From positions 24,594,688-24,658,687 of the forward strand of contig CM119263.1 of NCBI GenBank assembly GCA_051294375.1: a DNA stretch of 64,000 nt, given 5' to 3'. A program made the position numbers and the translations under genes. Origin of the DNA: Paraspadella gotoi (lineage: Eukaryota > Animalia > Chaetognatha). The notes beneath the pieces are model-generated. The model worked only from the letters and a program-made list of their open reading frames with translations. It was not told where the DNA came from and searched no databases. Every line of letters begins with the position of its first letter. Position 1 is the stretch's first letter. Positions 1-27,691 of the stretch are shown in pieces.

Positions 1-73
<73 letters not shown>

Positions 74-84
74 ACGGGACGACA

Positions 85-110
<26 letters not shown>
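1..110. repeat. (CT)n then (AG)n microsatellite
   Basis: Directly visible dinucleotide runs. Confidence 0.97.
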
Positions 111-115
<5 letters not shown>

Positions 116-757
116 AGAGACCGAGAATCTATCGGTGCGGATTTACGTAAGTGTTTCTTTTTATCGTTAAAAGCCTCAATCCAAGTCGTATTTGAATGAC
201 AATTACCGACGAAAATAATAGATTTCTAATAAATTATCCAAATCTTGGGTTTGTTCTCCCTTAGAAAAGTAGTCAATCTGCTCGTTCATTGAACGCTAAA
301 TAAAAGTGAAAAACAAAATTAAATTTTAAGAGCGTTTATTAAGAATCGAAAATTAACAATTGACATGGGCAATTTTTACACGAATACTGCAAATGGCACG
401 TTCCTACGATAACGTACGATGATACAAATTAAGAGTCAAAATTACGATACACTAATTATTTTGATTGAAATTCTCTCGTATTTTTTTATACATTTATAAA
501 TAGCAAGACACCTAATGCTGATTTAAAAAAAAAAAAAAACTCGATTCAGGGACTAGTCGAGGTACAAGTTAATCTCATATGGGAAAAAAAATGATTTGGA
601 GGGGGGAAATGAAGGCAAACAAAATAAAAAGCCAAAAAAGGAAAAAGAAAGGAAGGTTTGGAATCATGATATGTGGCGAATGTTTCATTACAAGAAAAAA
701 AAAAGGTTTAACGTTACGGAAATCCTGCCGGAACTTCTCCCCCCTTTTCCCCTCAAA

Positions 758-14790
<14,033 letters not shown>

Positions 14791-16092
14791 CCTTGGGATC
14801 GTCGAAGCTTTAATTCCGATCGACGGTGAACTAGGATGTGAGAGGATCAGTTGGTGAGGTTGGGCAAGGCCGAGTCGACGGGCACTTGCGTGAAGGAAGG
14901 TCTTTAAAAAGGATCCTCTTTGAGGCGCTCGAGTTTCGGCGCCGGGTTGGAAAAGTCAAAGGCGTTGCGAGGCGGAAGCGGCGTCGCGGCTACGCCGGTT
15001 TTGGATTTTTCGAAGTTTGTTGTTGTTATTTTAGTAATTGTTGTTGTTGTGGGCGTTATTGTTTATCTTTTATGTTAGTTTTCTTTCGAGACAAAAAGTC
15101 CGCTCGGTCGACGCGAATATTTTTTTTTTTTTTCGTGAACCGCGACGCAGTGTGAGTTGATGCGATTTCGCGTGAAGTGAATGAAGACCGAGGAGGGTTG
15201 GGGACGAAGACCTCGCGACGACGACGACGACGACTACGACGACGACGAAGTCTCTAAAACGACGAAGAGGAAGAGGAGGAAGAGGAGGCGCGACGAAGGG
15301 AAAGAAAGCGGAGAAAAAAAGAAAATAATGAGAGGAGGAAGAGGAAGAGGAGAAAGTGTGAAAACGATGAGGACGCGATAACAGAGAGAGATAGAGCGAG
15401 ACGGCGAGAGCGAGACAGAGCAAGGGGGGGGGGAGAGGAGTGAGGATGGAAAGTGAGAGAGATGGAGAAGGGGATTCTTTTTTCGAGAGACTCCTTTATG
15501 ATGATATGGGCGACTCAACGCCTATCTCGTTGCCACTGATTTAATTCAGTGCCGCGTGGCATAACGAGGAAGAGACGGCTCGGGTTGAGATAAAGATAAA
15601 GTCGCGTTTGCGTGATACTTTTTTGGTAGTATTTTCCCTACAAGATTTTGTCATATTCAAAGCCGATGGCTTAAGAACAGGCTTTTCAACGGTACGCTCT
15701 TTAGATCATGAATCGGCCAAACTTTGCCAAACCCAACCAAATTCACATTTTTTTTTTCCAAAGGGAAAAAAAACTCGAGGAAAAATCCGAAACAGAAGAA
15801 TATCGTATTTTCTCTTCCTCTTCCCGCTCCTCTTGGACCATCGCGCGATCTAGCTCTTCTCCCCCCTCGATCTTCCTTCGCAAATCGACGGACCCTGATT
15901 TTTGCCGCCGATGTTTTTTGGGGTTTTCGTCGTCGTCGTCGTCGTCTTTCTTGGCGTCGCGCAGGAGGGAGAAAATCGGTGAAGCGGGGAAATTTCACGC
16001 GAAGAAGGAAAGGAAAGAAAAAAAGAAAAGAGAATTGGAGCCTTTCGACGCGAGGTGACAGACGATGTTTCTTCTACGAAGCATGTATGTAT

Positions 16093-16656
16093 GTACTATC
16101 TAGGAAAAAAGTATATCACATAATTGTTAAAAAATGTATTTATACAATAAAAAATATACAAAATATGGGTAAAATGTTCTTAATATTTGGTGTGCCATCC
16201 CTCGGCATCGACTACTGCTTATTATTCGTTTGGGCAATGCTCATCTGGGCAATGCTCGGCAATGCTTGTCGGCAATATCGGCAATATCAGCTTGTCGGCA
16301 ATGCTCGTCTTGGCATGCTCTCATACAGGTAAGACGGTAAAATATTTTTCCATACCTTTAACTCAATTTTTTTAACCCCTCACGAATGTTATGCTACAAT
16401 GGCTCCTTTGTGAACTAAAATTTAAAAAAATTTAAAAAAAAAATTAACTTAATTCAAACTAAAAATAAATAATTTAATACTAAATACTAAATATGATTTT
16501 TTCGCCATTTTTTACTTGAGGTAGCGATCTTTTTTTGCTTCTAACTTCTAAACGATTTGACCTAAAAAAAAAATATTATAACTTTTAAAAATAAAACAAG
16601 TTTTCAAGTAGATATGCTCCATTAAAAATGTGATATACTTTTTTCCTAGATGGTAC
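16093..16656. mobile_element. Non-autonomous TIR element (MITE-like) with internal GGCAATGCTC-type repeats
   Basis: GTACTATCTAGGAAAAAAGTATATCACAT at 16093 pairs with ATGTGATATACTTTTTTCCTAGATGGTAC ending 16656 (one mismatch). No coding capacity inside. Confidence 0.75.
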
Positions 16657-18300
16657 TATGTATTATGTAGTGACGGGTCAAATGCATTCATTTATCAAAT
16701 ATAAATAAATCCTTTGCAGTCACTGTCAATCTGGACGCAGTGGCCCAGACCGACAGGATCGTAATTCCGAACGATCGTAATTTCGCTTCTCAATAAAGAA
16801 CAAAAGATATCATTGAAAACTTAGAAATTGAGTTGAGACAGGCATCTCGTTTGCATTATCCCCAACGCCATCATCGTCAAGCGTAAAAATACTATAAGTA
16901 TAAAATTGATTGGTCTAATATTTTTCTTTGAATTAAGCATCAAGTCAGCTCTCAACCAAGCAAGCGACGACTATAATTCCAACAGCCCGTTTTTTTTTAG
17001 CCGTTTACCTTTTGTTTATTGGTTGTCTGGCTTTCCCGTAAACACGCGCGCTCATCTTCGCCAACGGATTCAGTTAATTCCGATTCTTTGCGGCGCCCGA
17101 GGCGAATCGTGTCCGCGGGGCGGGTTTCGCTCGAGATCGGCGGAAGTTGAAAGTCGGAGTTGATACTGCTCGCGGACACACGAATGGACGTGGGTCAAGA
17201 CCAACATTTAATGATTTTTTTTCCGTTTATTTTTATCAATTTGTCGGTTTTTAATATTAGAATTAAGAATACTACCAGAAGTTTAAAAAAAAAGGTATCA
17301 CCCCTAACTCGAGCGAGAACAAACTTAAAATTATAATCGGTATTCGCGACTGCCACCGGGTAATTAGCGTCTAATTAATACTCTTATTATAGAAAACGAA
17401 ATGTTACCGATCCATCGCTCGTTACTCATAAATCAGCTAAACGACGGGAAAATGGCAAAAATGCAAAACGGGGAGACATTAGTCGAAAAAAAAAAATGAT
17501 ATCGCGGAAAGGGGCGCGGCAATTTTGAAATGGATTCCATTCCTCGCAAACTCTACCCCCCCTTCAGCCCCTCTTTCCTCCGCCCAACACTTTGCCACGC
17601 TTTAAAACGGCGCTGGTTTAATGCGGCAGAAGTAATGACACAAAACATTTGAAAAATTCATGTGAAAAAGAACAATTTTCACACCCACCTACCGACGATG
17701 AGGATGTTAAATGAACACCCCCGGGGGCGACGTCGAGTGGCACCCATTGGAGAGGAGACAACGTAGAGGAAGAGGAGGAGGAGGAAGAATGCGCTTAGTT
17801 TTCGTTTCATTTGATGAAAATAATTGAAGATTGACTGAAATCGGGAGAATGGACGCCGTCGCCGATTTCATCTCTGAATTGATGAAATTTTAATGCCGTT
17901 AGAACAAAGAGGGGACGCCTCCGTCGGAACGGGAAGAGATATGGGGGATGGTTAAGAATCGGCGCAGGGGTTTATGGTGCTGTAGTAGATGAATCGGTAC
18001 TCGGAATTGGTTTAGTGGTTAGTGTTGTTCCTTCAAAGAACATCAAACAAGAATAAATCAAAAATTGTCAATTTTTATTAGATTTATTCAAGAAGACCTT
18101 GTTCATGGTTTAGAAGGCACATTTAGGGACCTTCATTTCTGACGAATAAGGAAATATTCATTGGGTCTGCAAGGGTTAAATTTCGATGGAATCTGAGGCG
18201 GAGGAAGATATTCGAGAAAGGAAACGACTCCAACGGCGAAATGGAAAGTGGAAAAAGCGATTAGGTAAAAGATATTAGAATCGCTGGAGGGAGGGAGGGA

Positions 18301-18413
<113 letters not shown>

Positions 18414-19396
18414 AAAGTAATAAAATGGAAAAAGAGAAAATCGTGGAAATTGCCTCCGAGACAAATGGCTCAAAACGCAAGAAGTTCAATGAGGAAAAAA
18501 GAGAGAGAAAAGCGGCTCTTAGTTAAAATGGTTTGAAATTGTACAAGAAAAAAAGGAGAAAGAAGTTTAAATCGGAGGCTGTGCCCTACGAGGAACTATT
18601 CTTAAGAAATATTTTTTTAATATAACAATAGTTAGAATAGTTTCAAAAATGTATTGTCCTTAGAATTCAGAAAAACTCCGAATAAATCAAATAAATAAAA
18701 CTACCACTTTGATAATTTATTTTTAATTACCCAAAGCTGTTTTCCTCCATTATAATGCAGATTGCAGTCGCTGAGCCTTTTTAATTTGGAACTAAGTTTT
18801 CAAAACCTTTCATGATAATTGACATGACCCTTGATTAATATTTAGATATTAATATCAATTAATATTAATATTTTTAATGTGGTAATTTCTCATAATTTCG
18901 TTGTTATGTTTATAATTTTAAAATTCCAACTGTTAATAACAGTAACAATAAAAGTGTTATTCTTTTTAAAACTAGATATCCTATGCCTTTCAAAGCATAT
19001 TGCGCCACCTTCAGAGAAAAAACCAAACATATGAACAGTCTTTTTTTCTGATTTTCCGATTTTCTGACAGATGATGACTGATGCTTTTCCTCATTTATTT
19101 TCCTCAAATTAAGGAAATGTTAATTTTCTAAGAAATGAGGTTAATAAGATAATTAAGAAGCTGCAGCGTTATATTATATTTATAACGGATAATAAAAGCA
19201 TGCCAGAGTGGCAATTGCTCCATTATTTATTGTGTTAACCTGATTCCTCATATTAAATTGTTTCAGAAAAAAAACGGAAAAAGTCATTGATAGAGTTTAC
19301 GGGTTATGTAAGAAGTATTCTTCAAAATGTCAAGCTGATTTCAAATTTTTGCTAAAAAATTCTTACTCAACGGCTAATGCTACAATAGCCATAAAG

Positions 19397-21981
19397 ATGA
19401 AGAAAATTCAACAAGGGAAAAGAAGAGGCACTTCCAGGGCCGAAGAAGGTAATTTTAATAATTAACAAGGGCGTAGGTACTTATAATGCCACTCTGTTTA
19501 AATAGGTCTGCCAGAATTAAGCGGTCAAAGAATCCAGGGAGTCGTCGAGGATATTCTTGAATCCGAAAAGGTGCTTCATTTAATTTTCTTCAATTGGATC
19601 TCTGATGAAAATGAAAGTAATGGTCCAAGGACGTCAGCATGAGAAGAACTACGGTGATTGATCGCGGCGAATTACGCCGAATTTACAACGTAATATGTGG
19701 CTATGACCCTGCCGTCGAAGAAATCAAGTGAGATTTTTTAAATCGGTTTTCCGTCCCGATGGAATCGCCGATTTAATAATCGATGTTCAGACGCGTTGCT
19801 GCCGAGCGCAAAGAACAATACGAGCTTTCCAAGAAGCTTCGCGTCAACTTTCCGGGATGTTCCGCCGGAGGACGCGAGGAGAAGTTGGAGCGCATGCGAC
19901 AGATGGAAGCCGACGCCGAAGCGGCCCGCTGCGAGATCGACCGTCAAGGTTAGAGACCGAAGGGAAGCTAATTGACGGAACCTGTCTCTAAAGACATCTC
20001 TTCAATAAACGCCTTCACCCATTGCAGAGGCTGAATTTCAAGCCCAGAGACGACACGAGCTGATGGAAGACGCTCGTAAGATGCTCAACTGGGGAGGGGA
20101 TCGATACAAGGTCAGTCAAACTATTTGCAAAAAGTACGAACCAAGTCGATCGGATATTTATTTTTCAATTTTTTCGTGTGGCTAATTTGCAAAGAATTTT
20201 CACACCGCTATGCAAATTGACGAAACTACGAGGGAGCGGAACAAGCAAATGGATTTGAAAAAGCAGATGGCCATAGAGAAAAAACTGCGGTGAGTGCTAA
20301 GGCGTTCAGATAAGGATATTTTTCTCTGAGTCATCACTCATCAGTTTTTAAAACCAAACATAAAAAACTTCCTTAGTTCTTATAAGGCCGCTTTTAATTT
20401 TATTGCCTTGCATTTGGGTTTTCTGCAGCGAAAAGGACGACTCCGAGCGCCAACGCTTGGCTCTACAGGAAGTCTTGGACGAGGAGGCCAGGGTGGCGGC
20501 CGCGAAGCAGAAGGAGCGAATGGACAACGCCGCCTTTCAAAAGTATCAGATGAAGGAGCACGAAGATGCGCATCAACGAGAGATCCAGGACGGCTTGAAC
20601 GAGCGAGACCAGATACAAAAAGCTTTTAAGGTGTCGCTGGTCTCTACTAGATCTTCTATCAGTCCATCCGGTCGTTCATATCTTTCGTTTTTCCTCTGCA
20701 GGAGTATCTCGCCGACACCCAATCGGACGGGGAAGGCCGCAGGGCTCGCGCGAACAAGTACCGACTGAACCTGCACGAACACATGAATATGCAGATGGAG
20801 AAGAACCGACGCGACTACAATATCACCCAGGAGGAAGATAAAGAACGACTTTCAGTATCCCTGGCTAAGCGTCAATTAATGCACAAGCGCGTCGCCAAAG
20901 AAAAGGAATTGAAGGACGAAAAGGATGTTATTCGCACTCATCTCTACAACAAGCTGACCAAATACTTTAAAGAGAAGGGCGACAATTACAACGAATTGGT
21001 GTGTAGGGCGAGGCTGGAGGAGGACGCTCGCATTAAGGAAGAGGAGGATGCTAAGGCCGAAAAGCGACGCATAGCCACTGAAGATCAGTTGGAGAACCAT
21101 CTTCAGCAAATGAAGGAACACGAGGACGCGAAGATCAGAGAAAAGTGAGGTTTTTTCATTAAACGCGATGCTATGTAGAAGCTGAAGACATGAAAAATCG
21201 TCTTTTTGTTTCCTATTTTGTCAGGGAACAGGGAAAACGCGAGGCGACAGAATTGGCCGAAGCCGCGCTCATTTTTGCCCAGGGAGAGTTGGAAAAGAGG
21301 GCTAAGCAAAGAGATGACATGATTTTCGCTGATCTGTACAACCGGCGGAAGCGGGTCCGTGATGCCGAACGCGTGCAGGAGAAACGAAACCAGAGCCTTG
21401 CTATCGATTGGTTTGATGAAATGAACAACCGCAAGAAAGAGGTATGGATAATTGGATATTGGATAATGGAGGTTAAAGAATGGTTTTGAAGCTGAGAAGT
21501 TTGATAGAAAAGGAACGGAAATTATATTTTTTTAAGAGGGATTATTCTTTACCACTAACTATTTGCTTACATAAAATACCATTCAATAATTTAAAAAATA
21601 AATAATTTACATTGACAAATGATTTAAAACTATTTTCAGCGCGAATTTCAAGAGTACGCTGATAGAACAATTCAAGAAATGCGGGAACGAAAGGGCCCGA
21701 CCTATGCAATGGAGAAAGAGAAGGCCAACGTGATGTCCAAGGACCGAACGTGTGGAAACGACTTCCTCGGAAAAGGACCTCTTAAACCGGAATTTATGGT
21801 CGAAACTTGGATAGCATTCGTCGTGAACGCAGTTACTTATCTAATTTTTTGGTTTAATATATAGACGGACGAAGAGATGGCTGGTTATATCGAAAGATTA
21901 AACATCAAAGAGGATCAGCAGTGTTTGGAGAGAATGCGGGGACGCGAGGATAGTCGTTATACGCATTGCAAATCGAAATAA
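19397..21981 (+). CDS. CFAP210: Multi-exon coiled-coil (trichohyalin-plectin-homology-type) protein, CFAP210/CCDC173-like
   Basis: N-terminus MKKIQQGKRRGTSRAEE and segment ELMEDARKMLNWGGDRYK|EFHTAMQIDETTRERNKQMDLKKQM resemble CCDC173/CFAP210. The E/K/R-rich heptad ORFs 20403-21864 are joined by short GT-AG introns. Stop TAA at 21979-21981. Confidence 0.6.
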
Positions 21982-22179
21982 TTCGTGAAACACACCGTTT
22001 GCTTTTACAAGAAATATTTTTTCATGCTTCCAAGAAAAAAGTGTCGCTTGTTGCAAGTTTTCGATGATAAATCCTTAATTTTTTTAGTGACATGCAACTT
22101 TAAATTATAACTCGTCTAAGAGGCTAACTAATAAACAATAGTATAGTAAACATGTTTGTTTTAAAAATCGTACTCTATC

Positions 22180-22400
22180 GTGGACTAAAATCCACCAACC
22201 GTCCATCGGGGGCCATTAGTGCTGGAGGCAAATCATTCGCCTCCCAACCCAGAGGTCCGGGGTTCTAGCCCGGTGGTCGCCTAGCAGTTAAGAGGGACGG
22301 GGCGTTTAACCCGCCTGTAACACGGTGTTACAGCCTGATCCGAAGGTCAGGGACTTCTTACATTGAACGGTTCTGTCACTAACACATAACATTTATTACT
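22180..22400 (+). mobile_element. tRNA-derived SINE-like element, copy 1
   Basis: tRNA-like head with A-box-like TAGTGCTGGAGG, CGCCTCCCA (Gly-CCC-like loop) and B-box-like GGTTCTAGCC. A reverse-complement copy lies at ~51820-52035. Confidence 0.75.
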
Positions 22401-22586
22401 GTCGCTTATCTTAATTTTTTTTGGNNNNNNNNNNTTCTGTCACTAACACAACATTTATTACTGTCGCTTATCTTAATTTTTTTGGTGAAAATATAATTTA
22501 ATACAAAAAAATAGTTTAACACGGTTCTACATAATGCGTAAAATTAAAAGTATTAAAACAATAAAATGAATAATTATAATGTTAAA

Positions 22587-24887
22587 TTAAAGCCCAACTC
22601 GAAGCGCGGAATGAATGTCTGCTTGTCGCAGCATGTCTTTCATGGTGGTGTGCATCGATAAATCTGGAACTCCTAACTGAAGGAGAGGCGGAGTTTGAGA
22701 ATGAGAAAGTGGTTGTGGTCGAATTGCTTCACTGTTTAGCTCTAAAGAGTCTTGAAGAGATATTTGAGGCACCGAAGGGTTATGAAAGTCTCGATTCACT
22801 TTTAATTCAACTTGCGTAATGCGGTTGCCGACATCACCGTGCGCCTGCTTCTTGTGTGTCTTTAGACCACAAGAATAAATAAACTTTTTGTCGCAAATGT
22901 CGCACTCATGTTTCGGCGGTAAATGAGATCGTTGGTGTTGAAGCAGATTCTCTTTGGTCTTAAAAGCCTTCTGACAGACGTCGCAAGAGAAGTTTCTGAT
23001 GTTGCTGTGCGATAAGCAGTGACGCTTGAACGCTTGCTTCTCGACCATTACCTTACCGCAGTCATTACAAGTATACTCGCCAAGTTCGCGCGTGTGCACC
23101 CGCAAACGATGACGGCGACGCAGATCGTGAGTCCTAAATGCCCGGTCACAAACATCGCATCTGAAGTTCTTAGGCTGTTCTCTCGTGCATACACCCTCAT
23201 GGACGGCTCGTTTGTGGTTGGTTACCATGTAGGCGAATACGAAACTCATGCCGCACATCTCGCACTGATGCTTCTTCTGATCTTTAAAGTGTTTGTTCAG
23301 CCGATGACCCTTCAAACTGGAACTGGTGATGAAGGATTTTCCGCATACCTCGCAGAAAAGAGACGGTTTAGGGTTGTGACATTTCGAAATGTGATCCCGT
23401 AGCTTTCTAAAGACTCCTTCACAATAAGGGCACGAATTGTAGGACGTATGCTTGATTTCCATATGAGTAAAGGATGCTTCATAAGTCAATTCTTCTCCAC
23501 ATAACCGACAGTGATCAACTTTTACTTCGCGAAAATTAACTAGTTTCGTTTTGGTTTTTTCCTGTTTTTCGTCTGTCTCAGCATCATCACTGGTTTCATC
23601 TCGATCGTCGCCGTCCGTCACAATGCGGTTTTCAATGTCGCATATGTTTTCGTGCATTTCCACTTGATCGAAATTGTCCAATGTTTCACCGCATCGATCG
23701 CAAATAATTTTTTTTATCTTGCAATCATTTCTCCGATGCTTTTCCAATTGATCTTCTTTTTCAAACGACTGGTTGCAAAAGAAGCAGCGAAAAATAAAAG
23801 AGTTATCAACGAGCTTATTCAAATGATGACTTTTGATTTTGCTTTCTTGTTCAAGTTTGACATCAAGTAAAAAAATACTTTCACTTATTCGTTTGGCCTT
23901 AATTGGCCTTATTCTTTTGGCCTTAGGAGCACTTTTTTTTCCCTTCGCTTGAGAATTTTTGATCAAGGGAGGTCGTCCTCGCTTTTTCTTTTTTTTAGAT
24001 TTATTCCCGAAATGATTTGACAATGACCAATCTTCTTCCGTAGCTACTGATAGTTTTTTTTCAAGTTCGTCGTCGCTGTATCCGAGAAAACGTGACGGTC
24101 TTGCTCGCCTCTTTTTGCGATCTTCGACTGGCGTCGATGGTGTTTCGTATTTGGAAGACCCTTCGAAGAACTCGTCGTTCGTCTCTAGCTTAACGCTGGT
24201 TTCTTGCCTAAAATCTCGGTCTTTTACCGACGTCTCATCCCCAAATGCGTCGAAAAATAGGCGGATGGACGTCAATCCACTTTCGATTTTACGAAGTCGA
24301 CGCCGACGGTCCTCCAGAATCTCGGTATCGAGTAGACAGCCTGCCTCCGAGATTAGTCTGCAGAGCAAAGCCTTGGTCTTTTTTAAATCCATATTTGCGC
24401 TTGCGTCGTCACCGGTTCCGCCAGAACGAGAGTCTTTTTCGGAATCGTCTTCTTCAACGGCGTCGCGGGAAGAAGATTCGTGGCTGCTGGCATTTCCGGA
24501 GTCCCCGCCGTCGTCGTTAACGTTCTTGTCGTCATCCTCCAAAATTTGAGCCAAGGGTTCGAGCATAGATGGATGGAGAACTTTGGTGTTAATTGCTACG
24601 GCGGCGACTTGGAACTGTGGTCGAATCAGTTGCTTTTCTCCCACGAAACGAGGGTTTTCCGATTCTTCGACGATCGTCCCAGAGAGCCGGGTATCAACAA
24701 CGTCGTCGTCCAGAGAGTCGACGAAGTTTACCCCTTCGCCGATCTCTTTCTCTAAATAGGACGCTTCTTGTAAAGTCGTAAAGTTATCTAAGGACAGCCC
24801 AATTGGACTCATTGGGGTCAAGTTTTTGAGAAGGTCATCTCGGTCAGATTGGAGGCCGAAATCGTCAGATATAGAAACGTCTTCCAT
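22587..24887 (-). CDS. C2H2 zinc-finger protein (766 aa, single coding exon) with AT-hook-like motif
   Basis: Long ORF with 8 C2H2 fingers (e.g. CEVCGKSFITSSSLKGHRLNKH), 2 C2HC-like fingers and KKKRGRPP. A splice acceptor lies ~22 nt upstream of the ATG. Confidence 0.92.
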   Translation of the reverse strand: MEDVSISDDFGLQSDRDDLLKNLTPMSPIGLSLDNFTTLQEASYLEKEIGEGVNFVDSLDDDVVDTRLSGTIVEESENPRFVGEKQLIRPQFQVAAVAINTKVLHPSMLEPLAQILEDDDKNVNDDGGDSGNASSHESSSRDAVEEDDSEKDSRSGGTGDDASANMDLKKTKALLCRLISEAGCLLDTEILEDRRRRLRKIESGLTSIRLFFDAFGDETSVKDRDFRQETSVKLETNDEFFEGSSKYETPSTPVEDRKKRRARPSRFLGYSDDELEKKLSVATEEDWSLSNHFGNKSKKKKKRGRPPLIKNSQAKGKKSAPKAKRIRPIKAKRISESIFLLDVKLEQESKIKSHHLNKLVDNSFIFRCFFCNQSFEKEDQLEKHRRNDCKIKKIICDRCGETLDNFDQVEMHENICDIENRIVTDGDDRDETSDDAETDEKQEKTKTKLVNFREVKVDHCRLCGEELTYEASFTHMEIKHTSYNSCPYCEGVFRKLRDHISKCHNPKPSLFCEVCGKSFITSSSLKGHRLNKHFKDQKKHQCEMCGMSFVFAYMVTNHKRAVHEGVCTREQPKNFRCDVCDRAFRTHDLRRRHRLRVHTRELGEYTCNDCGKVMVEKQAFKRHCLSHSNIRNFSCDVCQKAFKTKENLLQHQRSHLPPKHECDICDKKFIYSCGLKTHKKQAHGDVGNRITQVELKVNRDFHNPSVPQISLQDSLELNSEAIRPQPLSHSQTPPLLQLGVPDLSMHTTMKDMLRQADIHSALRVGL

Positions 24888-25257
24888 TGTTTGTCAAGCG
24901 TAAGGAGACCTAGAAAAAGGATAGATAGTATCTGCGATAAAATTCTTAATCCTAAAATTCCTTCGTGCCAAATTTTGAATCTTACTATTTCAAGGATTAT
25001 ATTGTATGTGATGCAAAATATATATAACTGCTTCTATTGCTTATGATTAACTCTTGATTTTAATCTTTTTTGATCAGTGATTTTGGTCGATTTAAATTTA
25101 TTAAACTATTTGTAAATAAAATTATAGAATTTTAATTTATAGTAATAATTAGTACTGCAAATTACAATCACTTTTAATTAATTAATCTTGGGAGGATTGT
25201 ATAATGTATATGTTGTTTGCTGTTCATTCTTATTTTTTTGAAGACAAAGCTTTTGAG

Positions 25258-25345
25258 GCTGCCATCTGTTGGCGGCATTGGTATGACTGCTCGCATTAAA
25301 ATTTCGACCAATTGTGTGCCAAACAGTTGGAGCCAACCAATCACA
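25258..25345. promoter_or_regulatory. Putative divergent promoter between the zinc-finger gene and H3.3
   Basis: Head-to-head genes with ATGs ~600 bp apart. CCAAT boxes at ~25307 and ~25337, and a GCCATCTGTTGGC motif at ~25261. Confidence 0.45.
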
Positions 25346-25407
25346 TGAGTGATTCCTCCAAGCTGTCACCAACGCAAATTCGCCATTAGATGCTCGACTC
25401 ATTCTGA

Positions 25408-25902
<495 letters not shown>

Positions 25903-25940
25903 GTATCTCTCCGATATCATCATGAAGTGTCAATCGAGAT

Positions 25941-25956
25941 GGCCCTCTTCAGGGCC
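25941..25956 (+). promoter_or_regulatory. Histone 3'-end stem-loop (SLBP-type hairpin)
   Basis: GGCCCT-CTTC-AGGGCC: 6-bp stem and 4-nt loop, 38 nt after the H3.3 stop codon. Confidence 0.85.
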
Positions 25957-27691
25957 CATTCATCACATAATGTCAAGAATGTTGTCTTATACTCTTTTTC
26001 CTGTCCTATTTCTTTTCATTAGATAAGTATTGTGAGATGACATTTTGATAAAAAAAATGTTTGTTTCTATTATCTCTCAAACTGTCAGATTTGACTTTTA
26101 CAGTATAACAACTGTATTGGTATTCTACCTTCGGTTAGTGTAATTTATAACTCTTAATAAAAAACTGGAACTAATAACTTATTCAGATATGCTGGCTTCT
26201 GATATCGTGTTTATTAAAAAATTCTGTTTGGAATTAAGTAGAAATGCTGAAATTATCATTTAGTTACAAGTAGGAAATCGATTATATGACTAGCTTTAGG
26301 AGTTTTCACTAGTCAGTTAATTAGATATGCTAGAATTTGGTCAGACTTTTCAGATATTTCAGTTGGGGCTTTTAATTAAAGTAAAAAACTACCAAATCAA
26401 GGATATAAATATAAAGATTTAAGAAAAATGGGATCTAAGTTTTTTAATAATTACAATGATCTAATAAAAAAATACAATTGCATGGTTATCAACCTTTTTT
26501 TTAATTAAAATATTAATAATTAATAATCTATTTCAATAAATTAGGATTGAGTGAGTAAACTCTCCTAATTATTGAAAATAACATAAGACATAAAATAAAC
26601 CAGTGGCTACGGCAATACGTGTAAATCGCTTTCAAGGGCTTAAACTGAACTGTTACTGCGGCACTAATAATATTTTTTTTAAACTTGTATCATTTTTTAT
26701 CTCGCCAGACGGACGAATGTTCGACTTGGGCGTAGTCTTAACCCTCAACAATAACGAATCATAAATAACCTTCATCCCATAACAAATTATCCTCTCCACC
26801 CTTTTCTGTTCAGACTTTTAAATATTTTGAATTTTCAATAAATGACTTCTTAACAAGAATGTCTAATATCTAATTAGAAAACTAGGGCAGAAAGTAACTT
26901 TTAACTTTATGTTGTATATATGCTCCCTCTATTTCCAGAAGACAACATCCCTCTCCCCATTTCATTGTAAAAGAATATACTTTATATAAAGATATAAATA
27001 AATATATAGTCAAATATACTAAATTTTTACATTTATTTTTAAATTTTAATAAAAAAATTTAAAGTTTAAAAATTTAAAATTTAAAATAGCAAAACAAGTA
27101 ATCTTGAAAATTTTTCATATAGATAGTTTGCAGATTCGTATTTGAGGAAGAGACTGACTCCACTCAACATAGTACATATTAGTTATTTGTTGTTATTCTC
27201 CTTCCGAATAATAAACCAGTACAAATAGCTTTATCTGATCGAACAACATTTTTGTTTATCCATCAATGTATAGTATAAAACTTTAAGTTTAATTAGCATG
27301 TCTAAACTATCAATCTAAGTGACTTTATTCCCATATTTGATGTGGACATAATAAGGTTTTTTAGAATGCTAAAATAAGAATTTGAGAAAGAAAAAAAAAT
27401 TCGGTTCAGTGTGTTGCTGATAATTTTTAAGATTGGGTTAGGGATTAGGGTGGTTAAGGATTTGTAAGTTTTTTTATCCTTACTAGTTTTTTTTTGTGTG
27501 TATAAAAATATTTCTATACGTCGTTCATGAGAAACTACAAAAGGAATAAAAAAATGTATTAGCCGAGGGGTTAAAAAAACTGAAATTGTAAAGTTTGTTA
27601 TGAAAAAATTTTATTCGAAATAATTATCCTAATTTGTTAATATTTGTTTTTCTTTATTTCATATTTTGATGTTTGACTTAGCTATTCAGGA

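Noticed and set aside
16232-16322. GGCAATGCTC-type repeats as a CRISPR-like array
   Set aside because: Short irregular units without unique spacers, inside a MITE, in a eukaryotic context with no cas genes
22208-22282. Possible tRNA-Gly(CCC) gene
   Set aside because: Anticodon stem does not pair properly, and it sits in a longer dispersed repeat, so it is a SINE head
22371-22484. ~50 bp direct repeat flanking a 10-N gap
   Set aside because: Scaffolding overlap artefact
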